From Catajapyx aquilonaris (Eukaryota): DNA of 63,132 nt. Each line of letters opens with the position of its first letter. Positions within the stretch are counted from its first letter, which is position 1. The notes under the pieces are model-generated. The model was not told where the DNA came from and did not search any database. It saw only the letters and a program-made list of their open reading frames with translations. Position numbers and translations under genes: made by a program. Positions 48,421 to 63,132 of the stretch are shown in pieces. The stretch lies in assembly GCA_000934665.2 (NCBI GenBank), contig KZ538545.1, positions 1-63,132 on the forward strand, given 5' to 3'.

Positions 48421-51400
48421 TCCCGGTGCGAATTTGGGAAGGCCCCGGGAGAAATTGGGTTTATATCTGGAGAGACAGTGGCGAAAATGGAGATGGGCTG
48501 CGCACTCAATCCATGATTTCCTCCCTAATCAAGAGGCCAGGAGGTATTACGGAGTAGGAGGGACTGGGGAAGTGCGTTATTGTCCTCGCTATAATTGTAG
48601 GGGACTAAGCAAATGAGTGGAGCTGCAGCTGGAGTAATCTGGAGAGAATAAACTTGCTTCCGGAGCAATTCCGGTTGGCCAATAAATCAAGGTGAAACTG
48701 GAAAACCAGGGGATTACGTGCTGGAGGTGCGATGTCGTGTCTTGTCTATTCATCTTTCGCGATGTTCCGAGGGGGGTGCGGGGTGGTAGATGGGGAGAAG
48801 TCGGTTCCGGACACGAACCCTCCCACTATGGATGGAAATGCTGTAGGAATGCGCATTCCTAACAAGGTGGTGCTGAAATGAGACTAAATCTTTGTTCTAA
48901 TTATTTTAGTGGAGGTGTGGATAAGTAGGATTCAGGTTAGGAGCATTAGTGAAGCAATGACGGCTGTTGGGATTCCCGAGTTTTGTCATGCGCGTGTTTT
49001 TTTTTTACTGTTACTTCCTGTTTAATTGGCACAAAATGCGGTTGGCTGTTTTTATTTTATTTTTTAAATCATACCAGTGCACTTCTCTGCATTGCTTTCG
49101 AAATTGTTAGGTGCATATGTGGCCATCTAGCTGGTCGCACCCTTCATCATATCCCGTTTTGCACATCCATTGTCACTGCATGGCTCGTCCCGATCGGACT
49201 TCACATACGGTAGCCATAACCGCAAAAATAACAGGATCAGCGTACACACTGGGTCCTGTTATTTTATATCTGATGTTTTTGTGTCGCTGACGCAGACACT
49301 TCTTCTGCTTGCACTATACCTGCAAGCTGCATATAATGTTCCGCAGGATGAAAGCAGCCGAATTGATCCGAGCCTCTCCCTGGGGAAAAAAAAAATGTAT
49401 ATAGACAACAGGGCGGCGTTTGTGTTGGTAAACTCCCCGAAGTGGGTTTTCAAGTATCTGTGTTGCATCGGACTAGTGTTTGGAGACCGCGCTTGTTGGT
49501 GCTGCGAGAGGGAGAGGCCACAATATCGGACTAAATTCAGGCCCAAAGGCCGCCCCTTTTGGTCGCGTAGGAGTAATGCGGATGTGTGCAGCACTGAGTG
49601 GTGACCCTTTTTTTTCTCATTCTCATCCCGCCTCTGTCAGTAGAAAAGAGGCCTAACGGCAAGTTTTTTAGGCGCTACTTGGGTCTGAAGACTAGCAGAG
49701 CGTACGGAAATAATCTCCCACGTTGGAGGATGTGCAGCCAGTTGATAACGGGATTTGCTGTCATTTCTTTTCCTCCTACCTGCTGGTGGGCTACTCGGGA
49801 CAGGAAGCGCAGGGTGACTTTTATTATGTCACCTTCCTTCTTTTTTTTTAGGTCCCCACTTTTTTCCAAGTGTCAAGAACGAGGCGCCGGTAATGGCATT
49901 GAAACGGCGTAGTTTCACCTTGGCCGACTTGTCTGGCGGAGGCGATCACATCCGCATCGTTTGATGAAATTTATGCCGCGCTGGGGGCACGCGAGGAGCA
50001 CTTTCTGCCATTTTTGAACCCAGGCCTTGATTAAATTGGTGTTTCATAATGATTCAGACAACGTTTATACTGTATAAAGGTGTCCGCTGTCTCTCTACAT
50101 GAAACACCGTTTTCGTCATATATCATATGTTAATGTAGGAAGATTGTCGTCCCCTGACATTTTCACCAGATTCCACATTGAGGATATGAAGCAAAATCTG
50201 CTTGAAGAGACGTGATACCTCTGGGATATCGCAATTACTACTGTACGACGTGCATGGTCATATTGTCGCCGCGAATGTGACAAGTTCTGCTGGTTTAGAG
50301 GGAAAAACTGAGTGAAAAGTTGGTATGCTTCTACAGTGTAAACTAATTATGTTAATTAAATGAGGCTGTAATCTCGGCTGCATTTAAGTTAGGGAACAGA
50401 CCGTGAGGATTGACCCTGCTCTGGGTAATGACTCCGCGGCTCAGCATAATCGAATTTATGTCACAGGTGGAGGGTTTCTCCCCCCTCTTGATATCATTCG
50501 ACCTACTTCAAGGTACATCCTTAGTGTGACGTCGTCAATCTGGAACTCTCTCCGGATCGCCTGCCGCAACCGGTTTCGCGTCGCAACGAGTTTGGGAAGC
50601 ACTCGATAATTCCCCCGGTGGTTTCGCGCCACAAACTGTGTAGACCACTGGCTCTTTTTCCTCCCCATTTATCAATTTTTTTTGGTGGGGCTCATTTGCA
50701 TCACGTCTGGTCCTTTCCTGCAAAAATATCTGGCTGACTTTATGTTCAGAAATGTTTGTTAGTGTGCAGGGTTTTTAGTGTTGTTGGATCCCAACCACAA
50801 CGACTCCAAAGAACCCAGGCATAAGTGTTGGAGTTGTTGACTGTGACGTTTGATTACATTTGATTTTGAAGCACTTGAGACTGTCAGCGCCGTTCTCGAC
50901 CGGATGAGCGCAACCTCTCTGGATTGGAATAAATTGCGAATAGCTGGCACTGAGCGTGTCAGAGTTGGGCGGTACATGCGTGATGTCGCACTTTCGCAAA
51001 TTTGTTTTAAAAGGCGTTGTAGGCACGACCTCGTTTTTCTCTTTCTTTTTGAACCGCACGTGACTATTTCTTGACCTGTCAGGAGGCAAGGCAAAAGGCA
51101 GGTTGAGAAGACGGTCGATGCTCATGCCCCCAGAGCTTTACCTGTCGTGTGATATGTGGTAGGAAGTCGGCACCAGGAAACGTTCCAGACCGCAACCTTG
51201 CGAAACTCCTGGGTATTTTCTAATAAGAAAGCACTGGTTGGGAAGCGCAGTATCTTGCATGTTGGGACGGGCAAAGTAGGCGTTATTGCCGATTTTATTC
51301 TTATTTTTTTTGTCTCCTTTTGTGGCGCAAGGGACAGATTTATAACGACGGCAGCGGCGCCTTATTGATTTACCTAGATAGTTCCGGACGTCGCAAATGG

Positions 51401-54400
51401 GGTTGGCCTACAGATGCAGTATTTCAATTTGCTTTGAAAAATGTACGGTCGCCCGAAATAAGAAACCTTGGAATTTTTTACATTGATTAATTCTGCCCGG
51501 GTATGTTTGGTCTGTCGGTATATAGATGGTTTGGGAGCCGCGGCTAATGCGTTTTTTAAATATTTTGCATTGATGGGAATTGCAAAATGTACAGCAGTAA
51601 CTGCTCAAAACAAATAGTGCCAAACTTGTGGTAGCTCATCAGTACCGCAGAACAATCTAGTAGAAAAATGATGTGGAAGCAGTGAGCAAGTGATGCCAAT
51701 GCTAAACGATATGGTAAAGTTAGCCAGTCCACTCAGCATTGGCTATATATTTATGAATATGATGAATAAGCCAGTGTTAGAATAATTATGTGCCCAAATA
51801 TAGCCTGCAGAATCCGCCGCATATCATGTATGTGATAATAATTGGTGGAATATGCGCACGGATGGATGTGGGCTGCAATTAAAAATTTCTGCCGCTTATT
51901 CCCTAAAATAGCGAATGATTAATTTGTCCTGCACGCTAAAATGATTCGTACAATGAGGATGCGCAGTAGTATGTCATTTTCACGTACGAAAGCGTTGCAC
52001 CCGATTCGACCCATTTAAGCCCGGTGCGTAGGTTGCATGGAACGGAACCGTCCATGCATCATAGTCGACTACCAACCTGGCCTCATTAGCGCGGCGTGCA
52101 TGTAGCCGCATGTTTTTTTTTTTCTCCCTTCTTTTTTTTTAAACGACGTACCTAGTCTACAAATGTGATTTGCCGTAATTAATGGCGGTCCCTTTTTGAA
52201 GACGGTGCCCTGCGACATCCCGGGAAAAAAAAAGTAATGTGTGCCGCCATGTTGGAATATCATGAGGCTTGCCCTTCCCCGGATTCTCAAGGTTGCAACG
52301 ATCGCCCAGATCGATATATCCCCTTAATTTGCACCGCTGCACGTGGATTATGTAATGAAGTCTTTTAAGGTGTCAGCAATTGGAGTGGTGGAATTAACCT
52401 GTGAGGTTGCTGTGAGGTCTGGCCGGACAGGTGCTTTTTATTTCGCCACCTGGACGTTGCCCTTGGGCGGCGAGCAATTTTCGCGGAACACTATTTCCAC
52501 AAAGTGTTGGAAACAACTGACTTCCATCCCGTCATTCTTCCGAGGGGGGTTAAAGTTGGAAATGATGGGAGAGCCCGCAGGCACTAAATCTGCGGCAACC
52601 GTGACGGGAAGCGATAGACCTTCAGTCATATAGTCTCCTTGCCACACTTTTTTTTCCATAAAGAAACTATCGCATGTGATGTTGGGCGATCGATTTTGGG
52701 GGGCCCGGGAATAGTAATAGGTTATACAACGCCTATAGTCTATATTTCCCACTGTTGCAATGGAAGTGCATATTTTAGGCTAGAGTGACGTAGCCGACAG
52801 CACTTGTCATTGTCACATGTATAAACCAGGGTGTGTGTGAAGCATTGATTTCGGCAACGCTGATGCGAATGGGGTAATTACGGAGTCGTAGCAATTATAA
52901 AACCACATTGTGAATGACGTGGCTTACAAAGCGCAGCCCTGGAATAGTGTTTCCAGCTCTAGTTTCAGAAGAGTAGTTACATCCCGGTCAACACTTTATG
53001 CGAAATGTTGGTGCAGTCCATAACCCACCCATTCGCCGTTTTGCTGTCATGTTAATGCCATATTCCATTGTGCGATATGGGGTCATTCATACAATTGCGT
53101 GTGTCCGTGCAACCAGAACCTTCACAGTTACCGCGCTGCATATGAGTAAGCAATTAGTAATGTAATACTGCCTTGACTGGAGCAGTACGAGAAAGAGCCA
53201 GCTTCATCCAAGCCTCTGGGTTACACTCGAGATCAAAACTGTGAAATATTGCTGGTGGCTCCAATTGCTCTGCCAGTGGCACCAGAATACGGATCTCTTA
53301 CAGTCGGCAGCCCCTCTCTAGGTTCCGTTAATCCAGCAATATCAAGCCCCGCGGAGTCGTACAGTAATTTGACCTTGACTGCACGTTTCTGCCATTATTT
53401 CGTGTGCGCCCCTCGTCCCATACTCCCAGCCGCCCATTGCGTCCCCCTCCGCACAAATATACCAACTACACTTTCTGTGTTCTGAATTTTTAAGACTGAT
53501 AATGCCCGTGAAGGTATGTGACGGGTGTCATCAATCTTACCTGGAGGAGGAGGAAGAAAAAGAAAGAAAAAAAAAACGGAGAATCTTTTCTGACACCGCA
53601 CCAGACGTGCTTTGGGAGGGAAATTTTCTTTTTCGTCCCCAACTTTCGAAAGGAGGCTCGAATAAGTGCGAAATGCAAAGTGTTCCCAACTTGGGGAAGG
53701 AGGGAATAACCCGTCTGAGTCGAGAGGAAGAGGTCACCCAGCAGTTTTCAGGTCCCGGGTGCCTTATGCCGGGAAGATATTACGCATTGATAGAGCTGGA
53801 GACTCCTCGTCAATATTTGCCAACTGCTGGGTAATGAAGCGCATTGATTACGTTGGAAGTTTCGGGATACAGTTTTTTTTTTTGTTGGCATTGTGTGTGC
53901 TTAAGCTGGGAGGTGATTACTAATTCGGGGCACGTTTTGAGGCTCCTTGCCTGCATTTTGACATACCCATTACCGAAAAATTGAGGCTGGTAATTTGTCA
54001 GTGGTTACAGGGTGTCCCACCGGGGGTCGTCCACAGGAATTTGCTAAAAACGTTAGCACTGCATTGATATTTCTGGCAGTGGCAGATGGCCCTCGAAACA
54101 CATACCGTTTGTTCAGTAGCTTCACGTGACGCAGAAGTGTATGGTGCAAACGAACGGAAAAAAAAAGAAGCCTTGACCCGCATGCAGTATCTGACTGTAA
54201 TTCTCTCCGAATAAATATGGGGCTACGTGTTGTAATGCAGTGTTTACATTCCAGTCGCGCACGACATTTTTTTTCTGTCTTTTTTTGCAAACCTCAGTTG
54301 CACTCCCAACCGGTGTGCCAGTTGAAATCACTGCATTTTATCACCTAACGACTTATTGTGAGGCAGAAGGGCCTGGCCTGCTATTGATGTGGCGAATGTT

Positions 54401-57400
54401 GCGATTTATTGTGTCGCTTTATTGACCACCTTAACGACTAGAGCTGTTCTTCGCGCCAGTGAGTCACATTGTGCAAGCCCCAATATTCTGTGTGGGCAGA
54501 CGTATGTCTGATAACGGATTTTCGGGGGTATGCGTGTGTGGGTCGCAATGGGCATAGGAATTCTAGGTAACTATTGTTTGTGAAGTGTTATTTTGGGCAC
54601 GCTTGGAAGTTTAGCCGCGTTTAAGTGGATGGGTATTGATTTCTCACTTTTGTCACCTAGTCATTACTACATGTACTGCTGTAATTTCCTGCAGCATGTA
54701 TACATTGCCCGATATTGCCGAACCTGTTAACCCATGGCAAATAAGGAAAGAAAGCCGCTCCAGATGCTGTCCACGTCCGCGAATATTTTTCCGAGTTGAT
54801 CTTGTAATGCAGCCATGGCCTTGTACAGTAAGGAACCAATCGATGCAAACGTCTCCCCTTTTTGCTACTTCCTCTCTGTATCCGAAGTACTGGGGGCTTC
54901 TTGCCAACTCGTTTTATCCAAACCTTGAGACGGCCTTGATTTCGTTCAAGGCTTTAGGAAGAACAATAAGAGCGTTTCCCGCAGCGGCTGCATAATTGCT
55001 CCGAAAATTGACCTAGAGACATGTCATACGTGCGGATCTTACATAATGATCAGGAAAAAAGGGTGGGTGGTACTTATTTAATACTGTATATTGGAAGAAC
55101 GTGGGTCTATAGGTGTAGCCTGGTCGCACGTGCGAGCAGATCACTTTTGCATGCAGAAGGGGGTGAGGTGGGGTGTATTTACGGTGTTAAGGCCTGTTAG
55201 TGTAATGCAGTGGTGTTTATTAATGATAAAGGCTCGCTTTGTGTCGCACTTAACCCTTGTTTACTAGCCTACATGTACGTTTTGTGACGTAATTACAACG
55301 CACAGGTCCCCTGATATCCGTATTTTGTGGGAACGGAATCTCTGCGCACGGATGATAAAATAAATGGTCGCGCGTGCAGTCAGGCGTGTAAATTATTTTT
55401 TTCTCCAAAAAATAAGTAGAAAACTTGCCGAAATTATACGCAGGGCAGCTGCTATACATATTTATAAGACGCTCAAGAAAGGGCTGGGTAAGTTGGTTCT
55501 AGGAAAGAATGGCTGAGGGTATCGAGCTAAGGTGGAGTTGTATATACTTGGTGAAACATTATGGCGACTGAAGAGATGATTATAGGCTTTCCTACTTTCT
55601 TTTCTGGAGGAAAGGGGTATTCTCTTCCGTGCCTCATGTACGTCTCCTGAAGTGACGTGCACGCAGATAAGGCACGTACCGAAAGTGGCATCAAGGCTGG
55701 GGAAGAGAACCGTTCGTGAAACGTTACAATTTGACATGGTTAAGACGGAAAGTAGCTGCTTTTTCGGCCCACTGAGTGACGTTGGCCATTATCAGAGGTG
55801 AACTTGAGTATTTGTTTCGTTGCATCGGGAGCTCAGTTCTCACAAACACCGTATACTGTAAAGAAAAGGTCACTGTTTCTGGCACTTTACCATAATCAGT
55901 TTGATCTATCATTAACCAGGATGTTCAAGATGACAGTTGAAGTCAAGCTGGTCAGTTCTCTCTTTTTCAGTCTATGTATGATACCATTCCCCGTGCATAT
56001 AGTGTATGAGTAAATGTAACTAGTATACTTTCAGTAAAAGGCCTCTTATTAACTGCTCAAGTGCCGGAAAAAAGCACATTGCATCAAGAAACATCAGCAT
56101 GCACTGGCATTTTGAGGGGAAATTATGGGAATGGAGATGTCTCAGGAACTAATTTTTTCCACTTGCATTTTAACGTAGCATTTAATTCAGTATGCGACGC
56201 ACGAGCTGGAAATTTTCCAAAAACGTCATCTGGCAATGTCTGACAGCGAAGCAAATGCGACAATGTAGCATATAATACGTTGGTTATGCGTATAGTATGG
56301 GGGCAGTCCTGGAACTATTCGTTGTCGTGGAGGAAGAAACTACTGATCTTCATTCGATCCAGCACCAGCAGGATCGTCTCACCCGTCATTGGCAACGCAT
56401 GACAGTGTAAGAATGAGTGCTTCTTTAACCATAGCCCAAGTCACGTGTTGAACTTTCCAGAAAGGAGGGCGCCGTATTTTAACACTAGAAGCATCGACCT
56501 CGTGCTCGCTTAATGTGTAAAAATTGGCTGGATTAGCATGATAAATGCTCCATAATTGGGTGGGAAAGCCTTTATCAGTTTGGGTTAGTTGGCGGAAGGG
56601 GAGAGGCGTCGCTTTAAGAAGGGGTCGGCACGGGAGAAATATATGTTAAAAAAGAAATTGGTAGTATCAGATGATTTCCTCCGCTTTTTTTTCGCATCTG
56701 GGTATACAACTCATATATACGTAGATCGTGAGTCCGTGAGCCTCGTTGCCAGTCGTGACTTCTTCCAGCTTCATGCTTCTCCTCCCTCACGTACTTAAAA
56801 AGAGCCTTCCACTCCTTTTCAGTTCGTCGACCTTTAAGGTTGGCCCTCGTGCATATTTTATTGGCGCTAACTATACCAGTCAAGTCGTGCAAAGTGGCGC
56901 ATATTCACTCACTCACAGAGTCCAGCGGACCCTAAATCATACGGATAAGTGTTGCGTTGCCGTGCCCTGGCCCCGGCCGCTTCCAGCATCGAGTACGCCC
57001 AATTACGCCCGATTTATTGCAAGGGGCTTGCATTAGCCATTTTTGCCCAGCTCGCCCGGAAATTGGGAGTTGGAAGTCCTTACTTTCTTGGAGAGATAAT
57101 TTGTCAAGTCTTGATGGTAGTACAAACCATGCAATTAAATAGCGAAGGGCGCCTTTCAAGTAATTTACTTCTTTTTCCATATCCTCTTCTGGCCCAGTGG
57201 TTGTGGAAATCATAGATACACACCAATAATATATACCATATCGAATGCTAGGTCAATTATTCTCGACTTCTTAAGTTATAACTGCTAAAGAAGCATATAT
57301 AATGTAATGTCTCACAACAAAGCTGTCTTCATAAAACAGGACGATAATAATAAGCTACTCTATTTTCTTGTTAATCCATGCCTTGCTTCATGAGGTTTGC

Positions 57401-60400
57401 TGGCATTTTGCTCTATGGAGAAGGGTAATAGGACAATGTATCTAGTTAAGGATTAAGGATGTTGGCTTGGAAATATATCTACACCAGCGTTCCACTTACG
57501 CCACGAGCCAGGCGCCTGGGTAATATGGATAGGGGATGAACCTATTCCAGAATTAGGTCGGCTTCATAATTGATTCAGGTTACAATTTCAGCTTCTGGAT
57601 GGCTCATAAATGATCTGGACTGAAGCCAATTGGTTAAGCTAAGTAACGTGGTACCTGCTAGCCAGCGGCGAAGGCAGTAATCTGAAACCGCTGTCTGCAT
57701 CACCGCTTTGAAAAGTAATGTTTTGCTGGCTCAGGATGTGTAAGTTTTCTCCTGCGGCCACGGTTTTTGCTCTTCCCCATAGAAACGTCGATAAAGTGCC
57801 ATGTGAACTGCCCCGGGTGACGTCAATTGCCACTGTAATCGCATACATCACGCACTTTGCTCCCGAAAAGAATACCGGCGCCGTGCATCCGGAATTCCGT
57901 CTAGGTGTAGTAATATCCGAAGTCGTCAATATTAGAAGGAGGCGGTGTCTGGGGTGGGATGGTGGAAGGGACTGGCGCTTCTCAATAAAACACTACAACT
58001 TCAATTGCTTTTCCGGGGCCGGTGGCAAAATAGCTTCCATAATTGAAGATTCCTCTGTTCAACTCCCCGTTACCGACAGGTTACAGGTGTGCAGTGAAAA
58101 TTCGCAAATTATCCTGGAGTAGTAGTTCCGCTGTAGGCATCCAAGAAGTTAATATTTAATTGGGAAACTCGGGCCTCTCCCGGATTCCGCAGCACACCGC
58201 CAAACTCTGTCACAAATTCCGGAACATTAAGTTAACCCCTATCCCCAGTTTGGAACTGGCGCTCAATTTTTAATTTTTACTGCGGCTTCCATGTATAATT
58301 ATGGGGCTCTTAACTCAGTTGAGCGGAGGGAATAATCTTTTCATCGGATGTTGCCAGGTGCGCACGGAAAAAAAATTCCTCCCTCTCTCTCTCTCTCTAC
58401 CTGCCCTGAAGGTGGATCCACCCTGAAAGCATTTTTCCAAGGGCATGTTTTGTGGAGAGGGGGGCCACACAACACAGAAGGGAAGAGAGGGCCCACCCCC
58501 TTCCTTTGAAGAGGACTTTTCTTCTGGTCGGCCTTTTGAGGGAGTGTGGAATTTGAGGGGTGTGCATGTGTGGCCGACGTGTGTTGCTGACGTGGTTCCC
58601 GGAGCTATCGATCCCGTGGAATATACTATCAACACGCGGAGTTGTTTTCAAGAGAAACTGTTGATGAAATGGTTTACGACCGGTTCTTGGGAAGGGAGGG
58701 AGGGAAAGGAAGCTCGGATTGTTTTCGCGAGTGGAACTGACGTTGCAGAACGGATGTTGAAGTTTAGGCCGGCATTAGTAGAGGAGAAGGGACGGGGGCT
58801 CTATTTTTGCTGCACAGATATATACGACTGTACTATGGGAAGCGCTGCAGGAGGCAGAGAGCGGCACCAAACCTGGCCGAAAACTGTCGTGGAAAGTGGG
58901 GACCAATTTTCGCCGAACATTGTCGGTCTGACAGTGACGATCAAATTGAGTCATGTTAACTCGCTGGCGAGGAAATATCAAGATGGAGGACGCGTGATAT
59001 CATTTTGGAAAACCCCCGGAGGAGCTCGCTTTAAACTCCGACGAGCATGCATGAACTGTAAGCCGCTTTACAGTATTATTATGTTCCATTTTGTAGAGAA
59101 CTGGCGGACTGCAAGTGCAGTACAGCAACCTCATTCAGGGGGGGTTGGATGCGGCGTTATTTTTTTTATCTGCGAATGATGTGTGAATGAGAGCAAATGT
59201 GCTTAAACGCTCCAAATCGGTTTAGAGGATTTTGTGACACCTTGTTGAGCTGCTGTATACATATCTAATAGCTCGAGCGTTATAAAATTTATATCCCTGT
59301 GTCAAGCATTTAGGATGGAACGCTATCATTACCGGAATGGAACCATTTCCTGCTCAAGCCGCAATCAAATTACAATGTTCACCTAGTTGCGAGCGGTTGC
59401 TAAGGATTTTTACAAGGTTTAACTGCACATACTTTATCTTATCCAGTAATCACTAATGAAACACGTTAGCTTGCTTTATGATGTAAACGAGACGTAATAT
59501 CACTGTGGAGCTGGCTTAATTATACAATTGAAGGGTTTTCTGAATATACATGCAACAAAGGACTGCCCACAATTGCTCTTATCTCCAGTTAGTGGGTAAC
59601 CTGGCTTATATGAAACATTACAAGCACACTGAGTTTAGTGAAATATCGCCACTATTTGGTTATCGCTACCTATAGTATAGTCTGTATCAGTGAGCTTCTC
59701 TGTTGAGTGTCAGCCAACCAGTGAGTTACACGAGACAAATCATCAAATCCTGACAGCTAGAAATTGCTGTCTTGTATGATTAGCTCTTGCGACCAACAGA
59801 GTTGGCGTAGTCACCTGCAGCGGAGGTGATCTCCCGACTATATAAGTATCAACGGAGACTTTGAGTTAGAGACTCCTGAATCCCATTCATCTGTCGGTGA
59901 TGCATAAGGGTGATTACCATTTCGTAATGGCAGACATACATCAGTAGGCTATCAACTGGCTCAGTCACCACCCTAGGAGGGGTTTTTTATTTTTACACAC
60001 CCACTCTTTAAAATAACTAAGTCAAAGCGACTGACAAGTGAGTGACGGGTAGAGATTTCACCTATAGCCAATGCATCCTGAGGGCAAATGGGTATTAATT
60101 AAACGGGGAAGTTGATGAAGCTGTTGTGGAGTCGCTGGGTGTAAGCAGTCATACTTTTGACCTAGTTATTGTATTGTTGTATAGTTTTATGGTTCAAGAA
60201 TATTGCCGGTCCTCCTCGTCGAATGATGACCAAACGTGCCGGAACGATTTGTGCCCCAACTGGTGGGTGACGTCATGCCACCTTTTCTTTTCTCCACGAG
60301 TAAACATTAGTGGAGACATTGCCCTGCAAGGCAGCCATTGATTCTCGTAACCCACAGTCGGCGTAGCACTCGTGCAGAAGGGAAGGCCCTATATCACTCG

Positions 60401-63132
60401 GTAGCGAAAATGAGTTATTGTTGTGCTGTACTTCAGGAAGGTCATATCGCTGTGGGAATGTGCAGTTTCACAATGGCTGGGAAAACTGTAGTTGCTATGC
60501 GTTATTTTTTTCCGATACCATATGAGCAGACAATGTAGTTGAGCGGAATGTGCAGGATGTCTAAAGTGAAGTGACAGAAGTGCATACCAACCGCGACGTG
60601 CTGGTCCAACCCGGTTTGGCTCCCGTGATTAAATCACATTATAACTACTGGATGACTCATCTGGCAACTGTGATGCGCCCTGTTCCTATACAGGACAAAG
60701 ACTGCACCGTATTGTACAGCGGTCGTTCGGTTTTGCACCGCTTCAGGCAACCCAGCAACAAAAGCAGGTGCATTGGCACAGCAGAGGCCTGGCTATTTAC
60801 ATGCCACCGGCATATTTTGCCAGATTAGTCGGAACGACCTGGCGTTAGTGACACAGAAAATCGGCCAAAGTCAGGGTCACGCATTGTTTCGCAGCGGCCC
60901 TTTCACGTAAATCAAGGTGCATAATAGTAGCAGCCCGTTAAATGAAAGCACAAATGGAAAAAAAAAGAGAGAATGGAGGCCAATGTTGGCACCTTTTACA
61001 ACCTGGCCGGATTAGCTGGGATTGAACGCTCTGGCAAAAGGTTGAGGTAATTAGGAAGTTCGCACAGTATTACGCGACTAGCTGCAGTTCTTCCCCGCCG
61101 TCAGGCGCAGAACAGGTTTGAACGCTCGGCGAAATGAAGGTCACACCAATGGCAAACATTTATTTCACGGAAATTGACAGTTTCTGGAGGCATTTCCCAA
61201 CTCTAGTTCAGTAATTGGGTTGCCCTTTTGCTTTTGTTAAGGATATTTTCCTTTTTCCCTCCTCCCCATGGCATCTTCTCAGCCAGGGGTAAGGGAGCTC
61301 TCTGGGTTTGACTCATTCTTTCCCGCGACTGATGGCTTTTCCTTAGTGGATTTGAAAGCAATTTCCGGTTGGAGCTGGGCGAAAGGAGGGATCTGTGCTT
61401 AGATTGAACAGTTCAGGTTCGATGCACCTGCACATACACGCGCACCCCAGAGGACTCTAATACCCAATATACGCGAGCGGGAATATTCGGGCCCCAATTA
61501 GCCTAGGCTCGCTGACAATAGTAATTCGCGATCAGACCAGGTCCTACCCGAATCGGCGCCGGCGGTGCAGTTATTAATAAAATCAGTGCTTTTTGTAGCG
61601 AAATAACATGGCGGGGGTGGGTCCTGCGGGAGGCATTTTGGCAAAGAGACAAACAGCTGGCCAGCTGCAGCGATGGCAACCGCAGCAATATGGTGCGGCT
61701 GCCAGTACATAGGTACATAAAGCCCCCACAGCCCCGCATGCTGTCCTCTGATCTGAGCGCGATTTTGGTCACACAAATGCGTTCGGGACAAACACTGCTC
61801 ACTTTGGTTTTCGAAATGGCGGGGCGTTTCTTGCGGCGCCCGAATTTGCAGGGGTTATTGCCCACTAAATCGGGTGGCAACGGCGTCATTTTCGGGGATT
61901 ATATGTGACAAATCGGGACGAATGGATGGGAATATCCTTTATGGGGAAACTGGGAGTATAGAGTGCCCGAAGTTTACCAAACATCCGCATTTGCAGTTCG
62001 AAACTTCTCGCCAGGTGACATTGGCATGTTTACAGCCATTTTTGGGGTGGTGGTTTCCTGCGCGCTAATCTTCAGTTATCACACCGAAGCGAATATGCCA
62101 GGCTGAACCGAATTGCGGAACTTTGACGCCGCGCAGTCAGTTGACTCTCGTGAAAACCTATGGCCCTGTGCTGTATGGGAAATATGTCACATTTAATCTC
62201 ACAGGCCTGAAACGCCTGGATGCATAGTTGGCTCTCTAAGATATTAAATGATGTGGTTTTTTACCTTATTCCCTCGAGTAATCCAAAACTTGGGTGATTA
62301 CACAACGTTTCCAGGAAATTAAAAGGACGAGTTCACTGGCAGTGCAGAATATGATGGGGAGTGATGTGGAATGCAGTATGCAACATCGGACGTGGAGAAA
62401 ATTTCCAGTATAAACTGGCATTTACTGTATACAAGCTGCAGGATGTCAGTTACCTTGAAATGGAGGAGACTGCAGAGAGGTTTCGTTTGCAGTCGGATTG
62501 CCGGAATTAAAATTTCACTGATGTAATATAGTAACGCTCACGTTGGATGGTTGGGGAAAGTTTCGTAGCACGTTGTTTCTAATATTGAATTACCTGTATA
62601 CGGCACGACGCCATTGCAGTGTTAATGCGCGAATATAGGTCGGGCTGAATTTGACGCCAGAACTGAGCAAAATTAGGTTGCCGGGGTCTTACAAATGGGA
62701 AAGTTTAGAGTATACGCTACAGTAGGCGCAATAATCGATGTATTGATCAATATAGCAGGCGTATGGCGATTCACCTGTTAATGTAATAATAATGAGTTTG
62801 GACGATGTAGCCCATACGCGGTAATATTCCGCGTTAACCCAACTGCGAAAAGTAGCGCTGCAGTTTATTTATGTAAAACATACTCCTGCTTTGGTGGCGA
62901 CCATAATAATTCATTCGCGGCCGTTAAGTACTGTTTTGTACTTTATGCCAGAATAATCGGTCATTCGTCATGTTCAGTGTTTACAATGGAGGGTAGATAA
63001 GCATTATCGTGGCGCATTTCTGTCTGGGACTGTGCTAGAATGAGTGTGACGTAACGGCAGACGTCATCCTGCACTACATTGCTGCAAACAAGATCGATCA
63101 GCGCCTCAAAAGACGTAAGGGATCGAGGGAAT

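Noticed and set aside
56318..56340. miR-981/miR-76-like sequence ttcgttgtcg
   Set aside because: Only the 5' ~10 nt match and no hairpin is evident.

Overview
Eukaryotic, intron-containing animal DNA, most likely arthropod (many ~55-140 nt GT-AG introns, an intronless divergent ionotropic receptor, TCAGT initiator). The supplied ORF track is mostly spurious because the real genes are spliced. Four genes could be assembled by hand with frame-compatible splice sites: (1) a minus-strand synaptotagmin of the SYT3/6/9/10 (Syt-alpha-like) class, 7 coding exons from 16143 down to 702, running off the left edge inside C2B; (2) the splicing factor RED/IK (beag), 7 exons, 25009-27185, ~572 aa; (3) an MCCC2-like carboxyltransferase paralogue, 8 exons, 27779-32191, ~548 aa, with a degenerate C-terminal domain; (4) a single-exon divergent ionotropic receptor, ~33577-35622. 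These are followed by a ~1.1 kb higher-order AT-rich minisatellite, a GC-rich promoter/first-exon-like island (~37.1-37.9 kb) and ~25 kb with no recognisable coding exon. Introns carry several MITE-like inverted repeats, a fold-back element with 30-bp tandem amplification, a tRNA-derived SINE and a small dispersed repeat family. I found no CRISPR array or prokaryotic system, and no new multi-gene system that the sequence alone can support; the best novelty leads are the degenerate carboxyltransferase, the orphan IR and the repeat architecture.
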